The translations under genes and the position numbers were made by a program. The notes beneath the pieces are model-generated. The model was not told the origin of the DNA. It searched no databases and saw nothing but the letters and a program-made list of their open reading frames with translations. DNA of 64,000 bases from Patescibacteria group bacterium (GTDB lineage: Bacteria; Patescibacteriota; Doudnabacteria; UBA920): assembly GCA_036726225.1 (NCBI GenBank), contig DAIMCS010000001.1:333856-397855 (forward strand), read 5' to 3'. Shown here piece after piece: positions 47,078 through 55,400 of this stretch (position 1 is its first letter; every line of letters begins with the position of its first letter).

Positions 47078-48174
47078 TATCTGTTTAAAATATACTGTTG
47101 TCCGCCTAAATTTTTTACGCGGCCTTTCATTTCCAAAAAGGTCAGAGTGGAGGTGACTTTAGAAGCTTTGAGGCCGGATTCTTTAATAAGCTCGTTTATT
47201 ATGACCGGTTCAAAAGTAAGAAGTTTAAGTATGACCGTCTCATCCGGGCTATCGCCGAATAAATTTTCAGCTTGTTTTTGAAGGGATGAAGCTTCCAAAT
47301 TTAAATCCTGGAATATGTCGTCAGCAGAGGTTACGGCTTTAGCGCCCATTTTTATTAGGTTGTTAGGGCCCTGGCTTTGTTGGCTGTAAATGGGGCCCGG
47401 CACGGCAAACAGCTGCCGGTTTTGGTCAAGCGCATGTTTGGCAGTAATTAGAGTGCCGCTTTCCAGGTCGCATTCAACAACTAAGGTTGCAACCGAAAGC
47501 CCGGAAATAATTCGGTTGCGCGCCACAAAGTTTTGTTTAAAGTTGGGAGTGCCAATAGGATATTCCGAAATTAGGCATCCGCCGGAATCCACAATCTGTT
47601 TGGCTAAAAGCGCATGATGTTTTGGATACAAACTTTTTTCGTCCAGGCCCCCGCCGAGTACGGCAATGGTCCGGCGGCCATTTTTTACGGCAATTTCGTG
47701 GGCCGCAGAGTCCACGCCAAAAGCCATACCTGAAACAATTGTTGCGCCTGCGTCGACTAAGGGTTTGACTAGTTGTGGAATTACAGTTCGTCCATAGTTG
47801 GTAATTTGCCTGGTGCCAACGACGGCAATGCAAAGCTCTTCACTTTCTTCCATAGTGCCTTTGTAGTAAAGTATGGGCGGCAGTTTGGCAATTTCCAAAA
47901 GTAATTTGGGATATTTTTCGTCTCGGAAGCTTAAAATTTTAATTTGCTCGCTTTCCAGTTTTTGTTTTTCAGCTTCCAGATTAATTTGTTGTCTCATTGC
48001 AATAAAACTTTTGGCAACTTCAGCATCTATACCCGCGTTAACTAATTCTGACTGTGAAGCCAGGTAGGCATTGCTAAAATTTCCAAACCGTTTTGCTAAA
48101 AGCATTAAGCGGGCAGGTCCAAAATTCGGTAGGAGGTTTAGGCCGTGTAAATATATAGAGTCAGGAAAAAGCAT
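47077..48174 (-). CDS. dprA: DNA processing protein DprA (Smf)
   Basis: IAVVGTRQITNYGRTV...IVSGMAFGVDSAAHEIAVKNGRRTIAVLGGGLD matches the DprA Rossmann-like core. Confidence 0.85.
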   Translation of the reverse strand: MLFPDSIYLHGLNLLPNFGPARLMLLAKRFGNFSNAYLASQSELVNAGIDAEVAKSFIAMRQQINLEAEKQKLESEQIKILSFRDEKYPKLLLEIAKLPPILYYKGTMEESEELCIAVVGTRQITNYGRTVIPQLVKPLVDAGATIVSGMAFGVDSAAHEIAVKNGRRTIAVLGGGLDEKSLYPKHHALLAKQIVDSGGCLISEYPIGTPNFKQNFVARNRIISGLSVATLVVECDLESGTLITAKHALDQNRQLFAVPGPIYSQQSQGPNNLIKMGAKAVTSADDIFQDLNLEASSLQKQAENLFGDSPDETVILKLLTFEPVIINELIKESGLKASKVTSTLTFLEMKGRVKNLGGQQYILNR

Positions 48175-48204
48175 AAAAATTGCCTAAGTTAAGCCTTTTT
48201 AGCT

Positions 48205-48233
48205 GTTGACATTTAGGCCAAAAAGGAGTATAA
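48205..48233 (+). promoter_or_regulatory. perfect consensus sigma70 promoter TTGACA-N17-TATAAT with no annotated CDS downstream
   Basis: TTGACA at 48205-48210, spacer tttaggccaaaaaggag (17 nt), TATAAT at 48228-48233. Confidence 0.6.
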
Positions 48234-48484
48234 TAGTATAAATAAAAATAAAAAACCAGGAGGCTTTTTTTATTCATTGTATTTTAACATATTGTGTCCG
48301 ACACCCTATTTGCAAGTCGCCAAAGCTGGTATCATCCCTCCTATTACTGGCCAAGGCATCAAGTAAAGGTTTGTAGACGATTGTTTGCAGCCTTTCACTT
48401 GCAGGTAGGGTAGTGGACGGAATTATGAGGAAAGCAACCTTGACGGTTTCTTTCCTCATTACTCCTTTTTTCCCTTCAAAGTTA

Positions 48485-48548
48485 TTTTGCGGACGGAATA
48501 AATCCGATCCGCAAAATGCTACATTAAACGCCTATGGGCGTTTTTTTT
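48485..48548 (+). terminator. two consecutive intrinsic terminators closing the orphan transcript (and flanking the pth 3' end)
   Basis: TTTTGCGGAcggaataaatccgaTCCGCAAAA (9-bp stem) and AACGCCtatgGGCGTTttttttt. Confidence 0.55.
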
Positions 48549-49095
48549 AGGCGGAAATAAATTTTTTTACCTCTTCTTCAACTTTAGGTAAAAGTTCTTT
48601 TCGTACTTTTGAAAGCTCATCTTCGGTAAAATTTTGCAAAACAAAAGCATCTGTGGAAGTTTCGGTCCTAGAAGCCCTGGTTTCTATTCCCACTCTCACT
48701 CTATGGAAATCTTGCGTGCCTAAATTGTCTATTAAGCTCTGCACGCCGTTATGGCCTGCAGAGGAGGAGGAATCGGTAACCCGAATTTCGCCAAAGGGCA
48801 AATCTACCTCATCGTGGATTATGAGCAAATCTTTTTTTAAGTCCAGTTTATAAAAATTACAAATTACTCTAAGCGCCTGGCCGGAGTCGTTCATATAAGT
48901 CTGTGGCTTTAGGAAAATAATTTTTTTTCCATTCATTTCAATTGTGTGGACTTCGGACTTAAAGTCGTGGCTGGGCTTTTCGCGCATAAAGTCATCGCCG
49001 TCATTCAAAATATAATCCACGGCCATAAAGCCCACGTTATGGCGGGTTTTTTCGTATTTTTCTCCCGGGTTGCCCAGGCCGACAATGAGTTTCAT
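48547..49095 (-). CDS. pth: peptidyl-tRNA hydrolase
   Basis: MKLIVGLGNPGEKYEKTRHNVGFMAVD plus conserved His/Asp context. 182 aa. Confidence 0.9.
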   Translation of the reverse strand: MKLIVGLGNPGEKYEKTRHNVGFMAVDYILNDGDDFMREKPSHDFKSEVHTIEMNGKKIIFLKPQTYMNDSGQALRVICNFYKLDLKKDLLIIHDEVDLPFGEIRVTDSSSSAGHNGVQSLIDNLGTQDFHRVRVGIETRASRTETSTDAFVLQNFTEDELSKVRKELLPKVEEEVKKFISA

Positions 49096-49134
49096 AGAAG
49101 TATAGTATCAGGCAAATGTTATAATTGACAAGTT

Positions 49135-50508
49135 TTATTTTTTATCCTTGCCCCTTAATCTCAAAATAATCGGTGTACCCCAAAAGTCTAAATATTTTAT
49201 TATGGAATTTTCGACAAATTTTCTAAATTGTGTGGAAATGGCAGCGGGGTAGTTAACAAAAAGTTCAAACGCCGGCGGGTTAACATCGGTTTGGCGCAGG
49301 CTAAAGACTTTAGGCTTCCTTTGGTCGCGAAGCAGTTTGGGCGGATTTTTTTTAAGCAGTTTTTGCAAAAAATCATTTAAGCTTTGCTCATCGGCAAGTT
49401 TATGGCGGCGGTCATAAATGGGCTTGAGGGCAGAGATGGCTTCGTCTAGACCTTTGCCGGAAACGGCGGAGACAAAAATTAGCGGGCACATCCACAAAAA
49501 AGGGAAGTGGTGTGAAATGTAGTCGCGTACACTTTTATAAGAATCGTCAGCCCTTTTTACGCCCCCCTTATCTTTACCTTCAATTGAGCCGGGGACGAGA
49601 TCTATTTTATTGGCTAAAATTATGCAGCCTTTTTCCATATTAAAAATTTCGCTGGCAATAATTTGGTCCTGCTTGGTAATTTCCCCTGCCGCGTCAATGA
49701 CAAAAAAACACACGTCGCTCCTGCGAATGGCTTTGAAAGTTTGAAAGCCGCCAAAGACATCGGGCTGCTCGGCCCGGTACGCTTTTTTCTTAAGCCCGGC
49801 GGTGTCTATAAAAGTATATTCTGTTCCGTCAATAATAATATTTTCGTCAATTGCTGTTCGGGTTGTGCCGGCAACGGCAGAAACAACTGTGCGTTCCTGT
49901 TTTAAAATGCTGTTAAACAGGCTGGATTTGCCCACGTTGGGTTTTCCGACAATGGAAACGGCAATGCCTACTTGCGCACTTACTTCCTGCTCTTCTTTTT
50001 TTGGCAAAACGCTGACAATTGCATCCAGCATATCTCCCATCCCCAGTCCGCTGACCGAAGAAATTGGAAAAACTTTTTTTATTCCCAAAGCCTGAAATTC
50101 TCCCAGTTTTTCGTCGTGGATTTTTGGCGAATCCAGTTTATTTATTGCAAGCAGTATGGGTTTTTTTAAATTGCGGAATTTTTTTAAAACCGTTTCGGGC
50201 AACTGCCTGGCTGCAAGTTTTCCGTCCAGGGTTAAAATTAAAACGTCTGCCTCTTCTATTGCCACGTCTATTTGTTTAATAACATTTTTTTCCAACTCGC
50301 CTTGCGGGCTGTGGTCCAGTCCGGCAGTGTCCACCAAAGTAAAAGCCGCTCCGTTCCAAAGAGTGTTTATGTACTGCCGGTCGCGGGTAGTGCCGGCCAC
50401 AGTAGAAGTCACGGCCAAAGGTTTGCCCGCGATTTTATTTATAAGCGTAGATTTTCCCGCATTTGGCGGGCCGACCACGGCAACAATTGGTAAATTGTGA
50501 TTGATCAT
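49135..50508 (-). CDS. der: ribosome-biogenesis GTPase Der (EngA), two G domains plus a KH-like domain
   Basis: GPPNAGKSTLINKI and GKPNVGKSSLFNSIL P-loops, with DTAG motifs in both halves. Confidence 0.9.
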   Translation of the reverse strand: MINHNLPIVAVVGPPNAGKSTLINKIAGKPLAVTSTVAGTTRDRQYINTLWNGAAFTLVDTAGLDHSPQGELEKNVIKQIDVAIEEADVLILTLDGKLAARQLPETVLKKFRNLKKPILLAINKLDSPKIHDEKLGEFQALGIKKVFPISSVSGLGMGDMLDAIVSVLPKKEEQEVSAQVGIAVSIVGKPNVGKSSLFNSILKQERTVVSAVAGTTRTAIDENIIIDGTEYTFIDTAGLKKKAYRAEQPDVFGGFQTFKAIRRSDVCFFVIDAAGEITKQDQIIASEIFNMEKGCIILANKIDLVPGSIEGKDKGGVKRADDSYKSVRDYISHHFPFLWMCPLIFVSAVSGKGLDEAISALKPIYDRRHKLADEQSLNDFLQKLLKKNPPKLLRDQRKPKVFSLRQTDVNPPAFELFVNYPAAISTQFRKFVENSIIKYLDFWGTPIILRLRGKDKK

Positions 50509-50544
50509 AACTGGTAAGAATAAGTCTTGTTTAATTTTTTGTGC

Positions 50545-52104
50545 CTAATTTGGCGTGCTGGAAGCATTGGGTTCGGTGCTGGTGGATATTCTTGCGGGCG
50601 GGGCAATGTAGGCAGGCGGGGCGTTTTCTACGGGAGCGTTTTGCCCTAAGACTACAATTACGTCCACGCGTTCTTTGACAACGTTGACGCCCGGCGGGGG
50701 TACGTTAGTTTGCGTAGCCTTGAGTTGGTTTTTTATAAATTCCGCGGTTGCCGGCTTGGGGTTGACTTCATAAACCAGGGTGGAGGGGAGGTTGTCTTTG
50801 GTGTAGGTAAGTTCGTAAACAATTAACCCGGCATTCGTCAGCTTGCGGAAGGCGGTGTTGTACCTGTCCGGATTTGCAGTGGAGTTGGCCAGCCAGACAA
50901 TGCTTTTTTCAGCCGAAAGTTTTCCAATGGCAAAACTGTTTTTAAAAAAGTTAGCTACATCCTGTTCGCTTTTGCCGCGGCAGGGGGTGAGCACATATGC
51001 GCCATTGGAAGCTAAAATTAGCGGACAAATAAGTCCGGTTTCCGGGTCCAGGCTGGAAGACAGGATTTGTATGTCCTTGCCTTTGGTTAAGTTGTAAATT
51101 CTCAACAGGCCGCCGGGCGTAATGTTGGTATGGAAGTGGTCGGCAAAAATGCTTAGCAGCTCATTGAGGTCCGAAGCGTTTTTTATAATGTTGAGCGATA
51201 AGACTTTTTGTTTAAAACTGTTTATAATTTTTTGCTGGCGAATTGAGCGGGCAAAGTCCGAACCTTCGTTGTTGTCGCCGTGCCTGCTGCGGGCGAACTG
51301 CAGGGCTTTGGTGCCGCTGAAATGCTGCTGGCCGGGTTCAAAGGTAATGGGCGGAAGGTAGCCTGTGCCGCTGTCCGGAAAAGTTGAGTCTGTAAAGCCT
51401 CTTTCAACATAGACATCCAGCCCTCCCAGCTTATCCACGGCTTTTTCAAAACCCGAAAAATCCACAATCGCAAAGTAAGGCACTTTAAGTCCGCTTATTT
51501 TCTCCACCACCTCTCTGGCATAGCGGCCGCCCTGGTCCCAGTCTTTTTTTCCTACAAAACCATATGTGAAAGCGGAATTTATTTTATCTTCCCCGTCTGA
51601 ATTGGGAATTTTTACCAAATAGTCGCGCGGAATGGAAGTTAAGCTTACTTCATTAATGTCCGGGCGGATTTGCGCCAAAATCATGGTGTCGGTTAAAAAC
51701 GGGCCGTCGTGGCCTTCCCCGCCAATACCCAAAAGTAAAATGTTAATCTGGCCCAAGTCTTCACCAACCAGCCGGTCATAGTCGCCGCCGCGGATTAAAT
51801 TAATAATTTGCCTAAAAAAAGTGGTTTGGTTGCCCACAAAAATTTTGTCAGACAATTTAGAAGCCCGAAAAAGCACAAAAGCCCCTAAAATTAAGACCGC
51901 AATTACAATCAGTGAAAAAATTTTTTTTAAAATCCTTTTTTTTGGGGATTTTTGCCGCAGCGTGACTAAACTAACCTCACTCGGGTTTCGCTCGCCATTC
52001 CTAATTATTACAGAAGGAGGTCTTTGTTGGCTGTTTGGGTTTATTGAATCTAAGTTTTTTCCGGCAGGGCCGGATCCCGCTTCGCGGGGCGTATTTTCAT
52101 TCAT
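50545..52104 (-). CDS. LytR-CpsA-Psr (LCP) family cell-envelope protein
   Basis: INILLLGIGGEGHDGPFLTDTMILAQIRPDINEVSLTSIPRDYLVKIP is the LCP core. It has an N-terminal transmembrane helix. 519 aa. Confidence 0.8.
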   Translation of the reverse strand: MNENTPREAGSGPAGKNLDSINPNSQQRPPSVIIRNGERNPSEVSLVTLRQKSPKKRILKKIFSLIVIAVLILGAFVLFRASKLSDKIFVGNQTTFFRQIINLIRGGDYDRLVGEDLGQINILLLGIGGEGHDGPFLTDTMILAQIRPDINEVSLTSIPRDYLVKIPNSDGEDKINSAFTYGFVGKKDWDQGGRYAREVVEKISGLKVPYFAIVDFSGFEKAVDKLGGLDVYVERGFTDSTFPDSGTGYLPPITFEPGQQHFSGTKALQFARSRHGDNNEGSDFARSIRQQKIINSFKQKVLSLNIIKNASDLNELLSIFADHFHTNITPGGLLRIYNLTKGKDIQILSSSLDPETGLICPLILASNGAYVLTPCRGKSEQDVANFFKNSFAIGKLSAEKSIVWLANSTANPDRYNTAFRKLTNAGLIVYELTYTKDNLPSTLVYEVNPKPATAEFIKNQLKATQTNVPPPGVNVVKERVDVIVVLGQNAPVENAPPAYIAPPARISTSTEPNASSTPN

Positions 52105-52254
52105 AATAAATATAAGTTTGACCGCAACTTTAGATCTAATTATAACCGAAAAACCGGAAACCGTGTAGGCTTGGGGTTTTAAGCCTGAATTTGACTTGCA
52201 AAGCCTCTTTAAAGAGTGTTATATTTTACGGGTCAATCGCCCTCACTGCGTTCG

Positions 52255-52282
52255 TTTTTGTCCGCCTAAGGCGGACAAAAAA
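52255..52282. terminator. bidirectional intrinsic terminator TTTTTGTCCGCC-taa-GGCGGACAAAAAA
   Basis: A 7-bp GC stem flanked by a T-run and an A-run, following the LCP gene. Confidence 0.6.
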
Positions 52283-52302
52283 CTCACTTCGTTTCGGACG
52301 TT

Positions 52303-52357
52303 GCCCCTTCATCCCAAAAACGCGTGCTCTCCCGACTAAAGTCGGGATGCGCTCCAC
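52303..52357 (+). repeat. conserved ~55-nt hairpin element (A-run, GC hairpin containing TCCCGAC/GTCGGGA, T-run), member of a tRNA-associated family
   Basis: TCCCAAAAACGCGTGCTCTCCCGACtaaaGTCGGGATGCGCTCCACGTTTTTGGGA. It is clearly homologous to 31605-31660. Confidence 0.6.
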
Positions 52358-52406
52358 GTTTTTGGGAGCCCAGATTTAAAAATAAATTTCTAAAGAACTT
52401 GTTATT

Positions 52407-52500
52407 GGATCCGTAGCTCAGCTCCGACGCTTCGGCAAGCCGAAGGTCGGAGTCCCGACCGGAGCGTCGGGACTGGTCAGCCGCCCGCCTTGCGCCGCTC
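52407..52500 (+). other. GC-rich structured segment beginning with a tRNA-like 5' fragment (GGATCCGTAGCTCAG) but lacking a T-arm or 3' half; possible pseudo-tRNA or small structured RNA
   Basis: It shares the 10-mer TAGCTCAGCT with the adjacent tRNA-Val. It is followed by nested hairpins CTCCGAC..GTCGGAG, CTTCGG..CCGAAG and GTCCCGACcggagcGTCGGGAC, and it ends in a T5 run. Confidence 0.35.
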
Positions 52501-52525
52501 TTTTTAAATGTTTATTTTTTAGTCA

Positions 52526-52602
52526 GGGCATTTAGCTCAGCTGGTTAGAGCGTTGCATTCACATTGCAAAGGTCGCAGGTTCGATTCCTGCAATGCCCAC
52601 CA
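52526..52602 (+). tRNA. tRNA-Val (anticodon CAC), CCA encoded
   Basis: GGGCATTTAGCTCAGCTGGTTAGAGCGTTGCATTCACATTGCAAAGGTCGCAGGTTCGATTCCTGCAATGCCCACCA is a canonical cloverleaf. Confidence 0.85.
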
Positions 52603-52682
52603 GAACAAAATTACAAGGCGAAGCGGGCGCCATCACTCCGTTCATCCCGATTGGCATCGGGATTCACTATGTTCTGGACGTT

Positions 52683-52724
52683 GTGCCTCATCCCAAAAAT
52701 CGCAGTTCCATTCCTTAAGTCGAT
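52683..52724 (+). repeat. divergent copy of the A-run/hairpin/T-run element (TCCCAAAAATCG...CGATTTTTGGGA)
   Basis: A 12-bp perfect stem. Its ends (catcccaaaaa / tttttgggagccc) match those of 52303-52357. The two copies bracket tRNA-Val. Confidence 0.5.
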
Positions 52725-52803
52725 TTTTGGGAGCCCTCGCCAACGCCAAATTGAAAGTAACCCTTGACCGAAATCTTATAATCCGTAGTATTAATATACT
52801 GAC

Positions 52804-53424
52804 ATGGAGAATGAAGACAAAAATTTACAAGCAACAGTTGCCCCAAACTCCCAAAGCCAAAGCGTGGGAGCATTTGTCTGGGACTTGGTTAAAATTTTAG
52901 TAATTGCCATTGCAATCATTTGGCCGTTTAGAACTTTTGTGGCTGAACCCTTTGTAGTTTCCGGGTCTTCTATGCTGCCAAATTTCCATAATCACGATTA
53001 CTTAATAATAGACCGCCTCTCTTACAGGTTAGGGGAGCCTTCAAGAGGCGATGTAGTGGTCTTGAGGTTTCCAAAAGACGAAACCCAATATTTTATAAAA
53101 AGAATTATTGGACTGCCAAACGAAAAAGTATGTTTCTCGCCCACCTGCGACGGCCAAGACGGGCACGTGTATATTTTTAACCAGCAGCACCCCGAAGGCC
53201 TAAAGCTTTCAGAGTCCTATTTAACCGAACTGACCTATCCTTACGCAGACGTTTCGGGCAGAATTTTAGCAGACAACGAATTTTATGTGTTGGGTGACAA
53301 CAGGGACGCAAGCTCTGACTCCCGCACCTGGGGCATTTTGCCTAAAAGCGATATTGTCGGCAAAGTTTGGAGCAGGGTGTATCCATTTTCAAAAGCAGAA
53401 TTTTTTAAAACCCCAACGTATTAA
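52804..53424 (+). CDS. lepB: signal peptidase I (bacterial type, S26A)
   Basis: SGSSMLPNF Ser box, KRIIGLPNEKV, and the VLGDNRDASSDSRTWG box. It has an N-terminal transmembrane helix. Confidence 0.85.
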   Translation: MENEDKNLQATVAPNSQSQSVGAFVWDLVKILVIAIAIIWPFRTFVAEPFVVSGSSMLPNFHNHDYLIIDRLSYRLGEPSRGDVVVLRFPKDETQYFIKRIIGLPNEKVCFSPTCDGQDGHVYIFNQQHPEGLKLSESYLTELTYPYADVSGRILADNEFYVLGDNRDASSDSRTWGILPKSDIVGKVWSRVYPFSKAEFFKTPTY

Positions 53425-53429
53425 TTGAG

Positions 53430-53490
53430 CAAGATTGACCATGATTGATCAAGAATGACAAGATTGGAAAAAATCATGTCAATCATTCCT
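53430..53490 (+). repeat. copy 1 of a ~60-nt promoter-like repeat composed of tandem 10-bp units
   Basis: cAAGATTGACC ATGATTGATC AAGAATGACA AGATTGgaaaaaat... The first 37 nt are identical to 54852-54888. Confidence 0.6.
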
Positions 53491-53537
53491 GCCTGCCGGC
53501 AGGCAGGTAAATCTTACTTAATCTTGTAAATTCCTTT

Positions 53538-54839
53538 ATGGGCAGGCCAAAAAAAAACTCAAATCTCCAAGTCAGTACAGCCCCGCTTAAAAAAATCCAA
53601 AGCCTTTTAGGATTGGAAGACATAGTACCGGAGTCCGAAAGCCTTTGGCCGGTATTGCTAAAGAGGCTTTCCCGGCTTTCCAGGGTTTATGGTTTTGAAA
53701 GAGTGGAAACTCCGCTTTTGGAAGATGCCCGGCTTTACGAAAGTTTCTATAAGCAGGATGCAACAAAATTTAGCCGTACTTTAAGACTGCCCTTACCCAA
53801 AGCCGAAGCAGTTGTCAGGAGCGACTTTTTGCCCGGAATATTGAGGGCTTACCATCAAAACAAAATTTACGAAAAATTTCCGCTTTCCAAATGGTTTTTT
53901 GGCGGTTTTGTTGTCAGTGAAGATGAAGAAAAAAATTTGGTCTCTGACTACCAGTTTGGTCTGGAAGTTTTTGGCGGTTTTGACCATTTAACCGAAGCCC
54001 AGGCCGTTGGCGCGGTATGGGAATTTTTAAACGCCTTGGGGCTTAAAGATTTAGTTTTGGAAATAAACCACGTGGGCCAGGACGAATGCCAGCTGGCGTA
54101 TCAGGAAACTTTGCGCGACTTCCTTTCACCTAAAAAATTCCAGCTCTGCGACAACTGCAACGAACATTTGCAGGGCAGGACCCTAAATGTGCTGCGCTGC
54201 GAAAATTTAGACTGCCAAGCCCTGCTTGCCGACGCCCCCGCGGTTTTAGATTTTTTGGACGAGACGTCTAAAAAACATTTTACAAATATTTTGGAAGCGT
54301 TAGACGAGTTGGGCATCCCTTACCAGTTAAACCCGCTTTACGCAGGTCCCACGGGCCATGGCAAAACTAACGTGGTCATAAAGGCAAAACTTAAAGGCGT
54401 AAATGTGGTGGTGGGCGAGGGCGGGTATCATGAAAGTTTAATGCAAAATTTGTGCGGCAAAAATTATTGCTGCTTTGGTTTTATTTCCAGCCTGTCTAAA
54501 ATTAAAACTTTGCTTGAGGCAAGTAAAATTACAGTCAGCAGGGAGCAAAAAAGCGAAGTCTTTTTAGTTCCCCTGGGCGACTTGGCCGCAAAAAAAGCTT
54601 TAAGACTGTTTAGGGACCTGGCTTTTGAAAAAATTTCAGTCTACGACCATTTTGGCAACGCCGGAGTAAAAAACCAACTCAAAGCAGCAGAGACCTTTCA
54701 GGCGCCAATTGCCCTAATTATGGGACAAAAGGAAGCGGTGGATGAAATGGTCATACTGCGCGACGTTAAAAGCGGTATGCAGGAAATTATTTCCTATGAT
54801 AAAATAGTGCAGGAAGTAAAGAAAAGGCTTGGGAGATAG
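53538..54839 (+). CDS. hisS: histidyl-tRNA synthetase-like protein (class II aaRS HisS/HisZ family) with a divergent catalytic core
   Basis: ...LRCENLDCQALLADAPAVLDFLDETSKKHFTNILEALDELGIPYQLNPL parallels E. coli HisRS [53 protein letters not shown]. It has a C-terminal anticodon-binding-like domain. The motif-2 and motif-3 regions (GEGGYHESL) are degenerate relative to canonical HisRS. Confidence 0.55.
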   Translation: MGRPKKNSNLQVSTAPLKKIQSLLGLEDIVPESESLWPVLLKRLSRLSRVYGFERVETPLLEDARLYESFYKQDATKFSRTLRLPLPKAEAVVRSDFLPGILRAYHQNKIYEKFPLSKWFFGGFVVSEDEEKNLVSDYQFGLEVFGGFDHLTEAQAVGAVWEFLNALGLKDLVLEINHVGQDECQLAYQETLRDFLSPKKFQLCDNCNEHLQGRTLNVLRCENLDCQALLADAPAVLDFLDETSKKHFTNILEALDELGIPYQLNPLYAGPTGHGKTNVVIKAKLKGVNVVVGEGGYHESLMQNLCGKNYCCFGFISSLSKIKTLLEASKITVSREQKSEVFLVPLGDLAAKKALRLFRDLAFEKISVYDHFGNAGVKNQLKAAETFQAPIALIMGQKEAVDEMVILRDVKSGMQEIISYDKIVQEVKKRLGR

Positions 54840-54851
54840 CTTGAATATTGA

Positions 54852-54915
54852 CAAGATTGACCATGATTGATCAAGAATGACAAGATTGTAGGAAAAAATT
54901 GTGTTCAATCAAATT
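54852..54915 (+). repeat. copy 2 of the ~60-nt tandem-decamer repeat, upstream of the HIT gene
   Basis: cAAGATTGACCATGATTGATCAAGAATGACAAGATTGtaggaaaaaatt... About 85 percent identity to copy 1 over about 60 nt. Confidence 0.6.
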
Positions 54916-54916
54916 T

Positions 54917-55252
54917 ATGCCGGATTGTATATTTTGCAACATCGCGAATAAGACCTTGCAGGCAAGTATTTTGTTTGAGGACGAATTTTTGCTGGTAATT
55001 AAGGATATTTTACCCAAAGCGCCCGTGCATCTTTTAGTTATGCCAAAAAAGCACATAGCCGGCGTAAATACTTTAGAAAACCAAGACGAAGAATTAGCAG
55101 GGAAAATTATTTTTGCCGCCAAAGCTATGGCCGAAAAGCACGGAATTTCCCAAAGCGGTTACAAGCTGGTGTTCAATGTAGGCAGCGATGGCGGCCAAAT
55201 TATCCCACACTTACATTTGCATTTATTGGGAGGCAAGAAGCTGGCTGAATAA
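54917..55252 (+). CDS. HIT (histidine triad) family hydrolase
   Basis: HLHLHLLGG histidine triad; N-terminal MPDCIFCNIAN. Confidence 0.8.
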   Translation: MPDCIFCNIANKTLQASILFEDEFLLVIKDILPKAPVHLLVMPKKHIAGVNTLENQDEELAGKIIFAAKAMAEKHGISQSGYKLVFNVGSDGGQIIPHLHLHLLGGKKLAE

Positions 55253-55400
55253 TTTTACGAATTACGAATTTTTTACGAACGTTGTCATCGATTTTTGTAA
55301 GTTCGTGCCTTTAGTACTTAGTAAAGCTAATGGTTTGCCAAAGTTAAATATATTATGTTATAATCACCCCATCTAAAAGAAAGGGGTGAATTTTTTCTTT

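Noticed and set aside
48274-48459. 61-aa ORF on the - strand inside the orphan-promoter transcript
   Set aside because: It has no ribosome-binding site and lies antisense to a region bounded by a + strand promoter and terminators. It is listed only as part of the sRNA/small-peptide locus.
52553-52900. ORFs 52553-52900 and 52564-52767 (+ strand)
   Set aside because: They overlap tRNA-Val and the hairpin repeat and run into the lepB promoter. No ribosome-binding site is present. They are rejected in favour of the tRNA.
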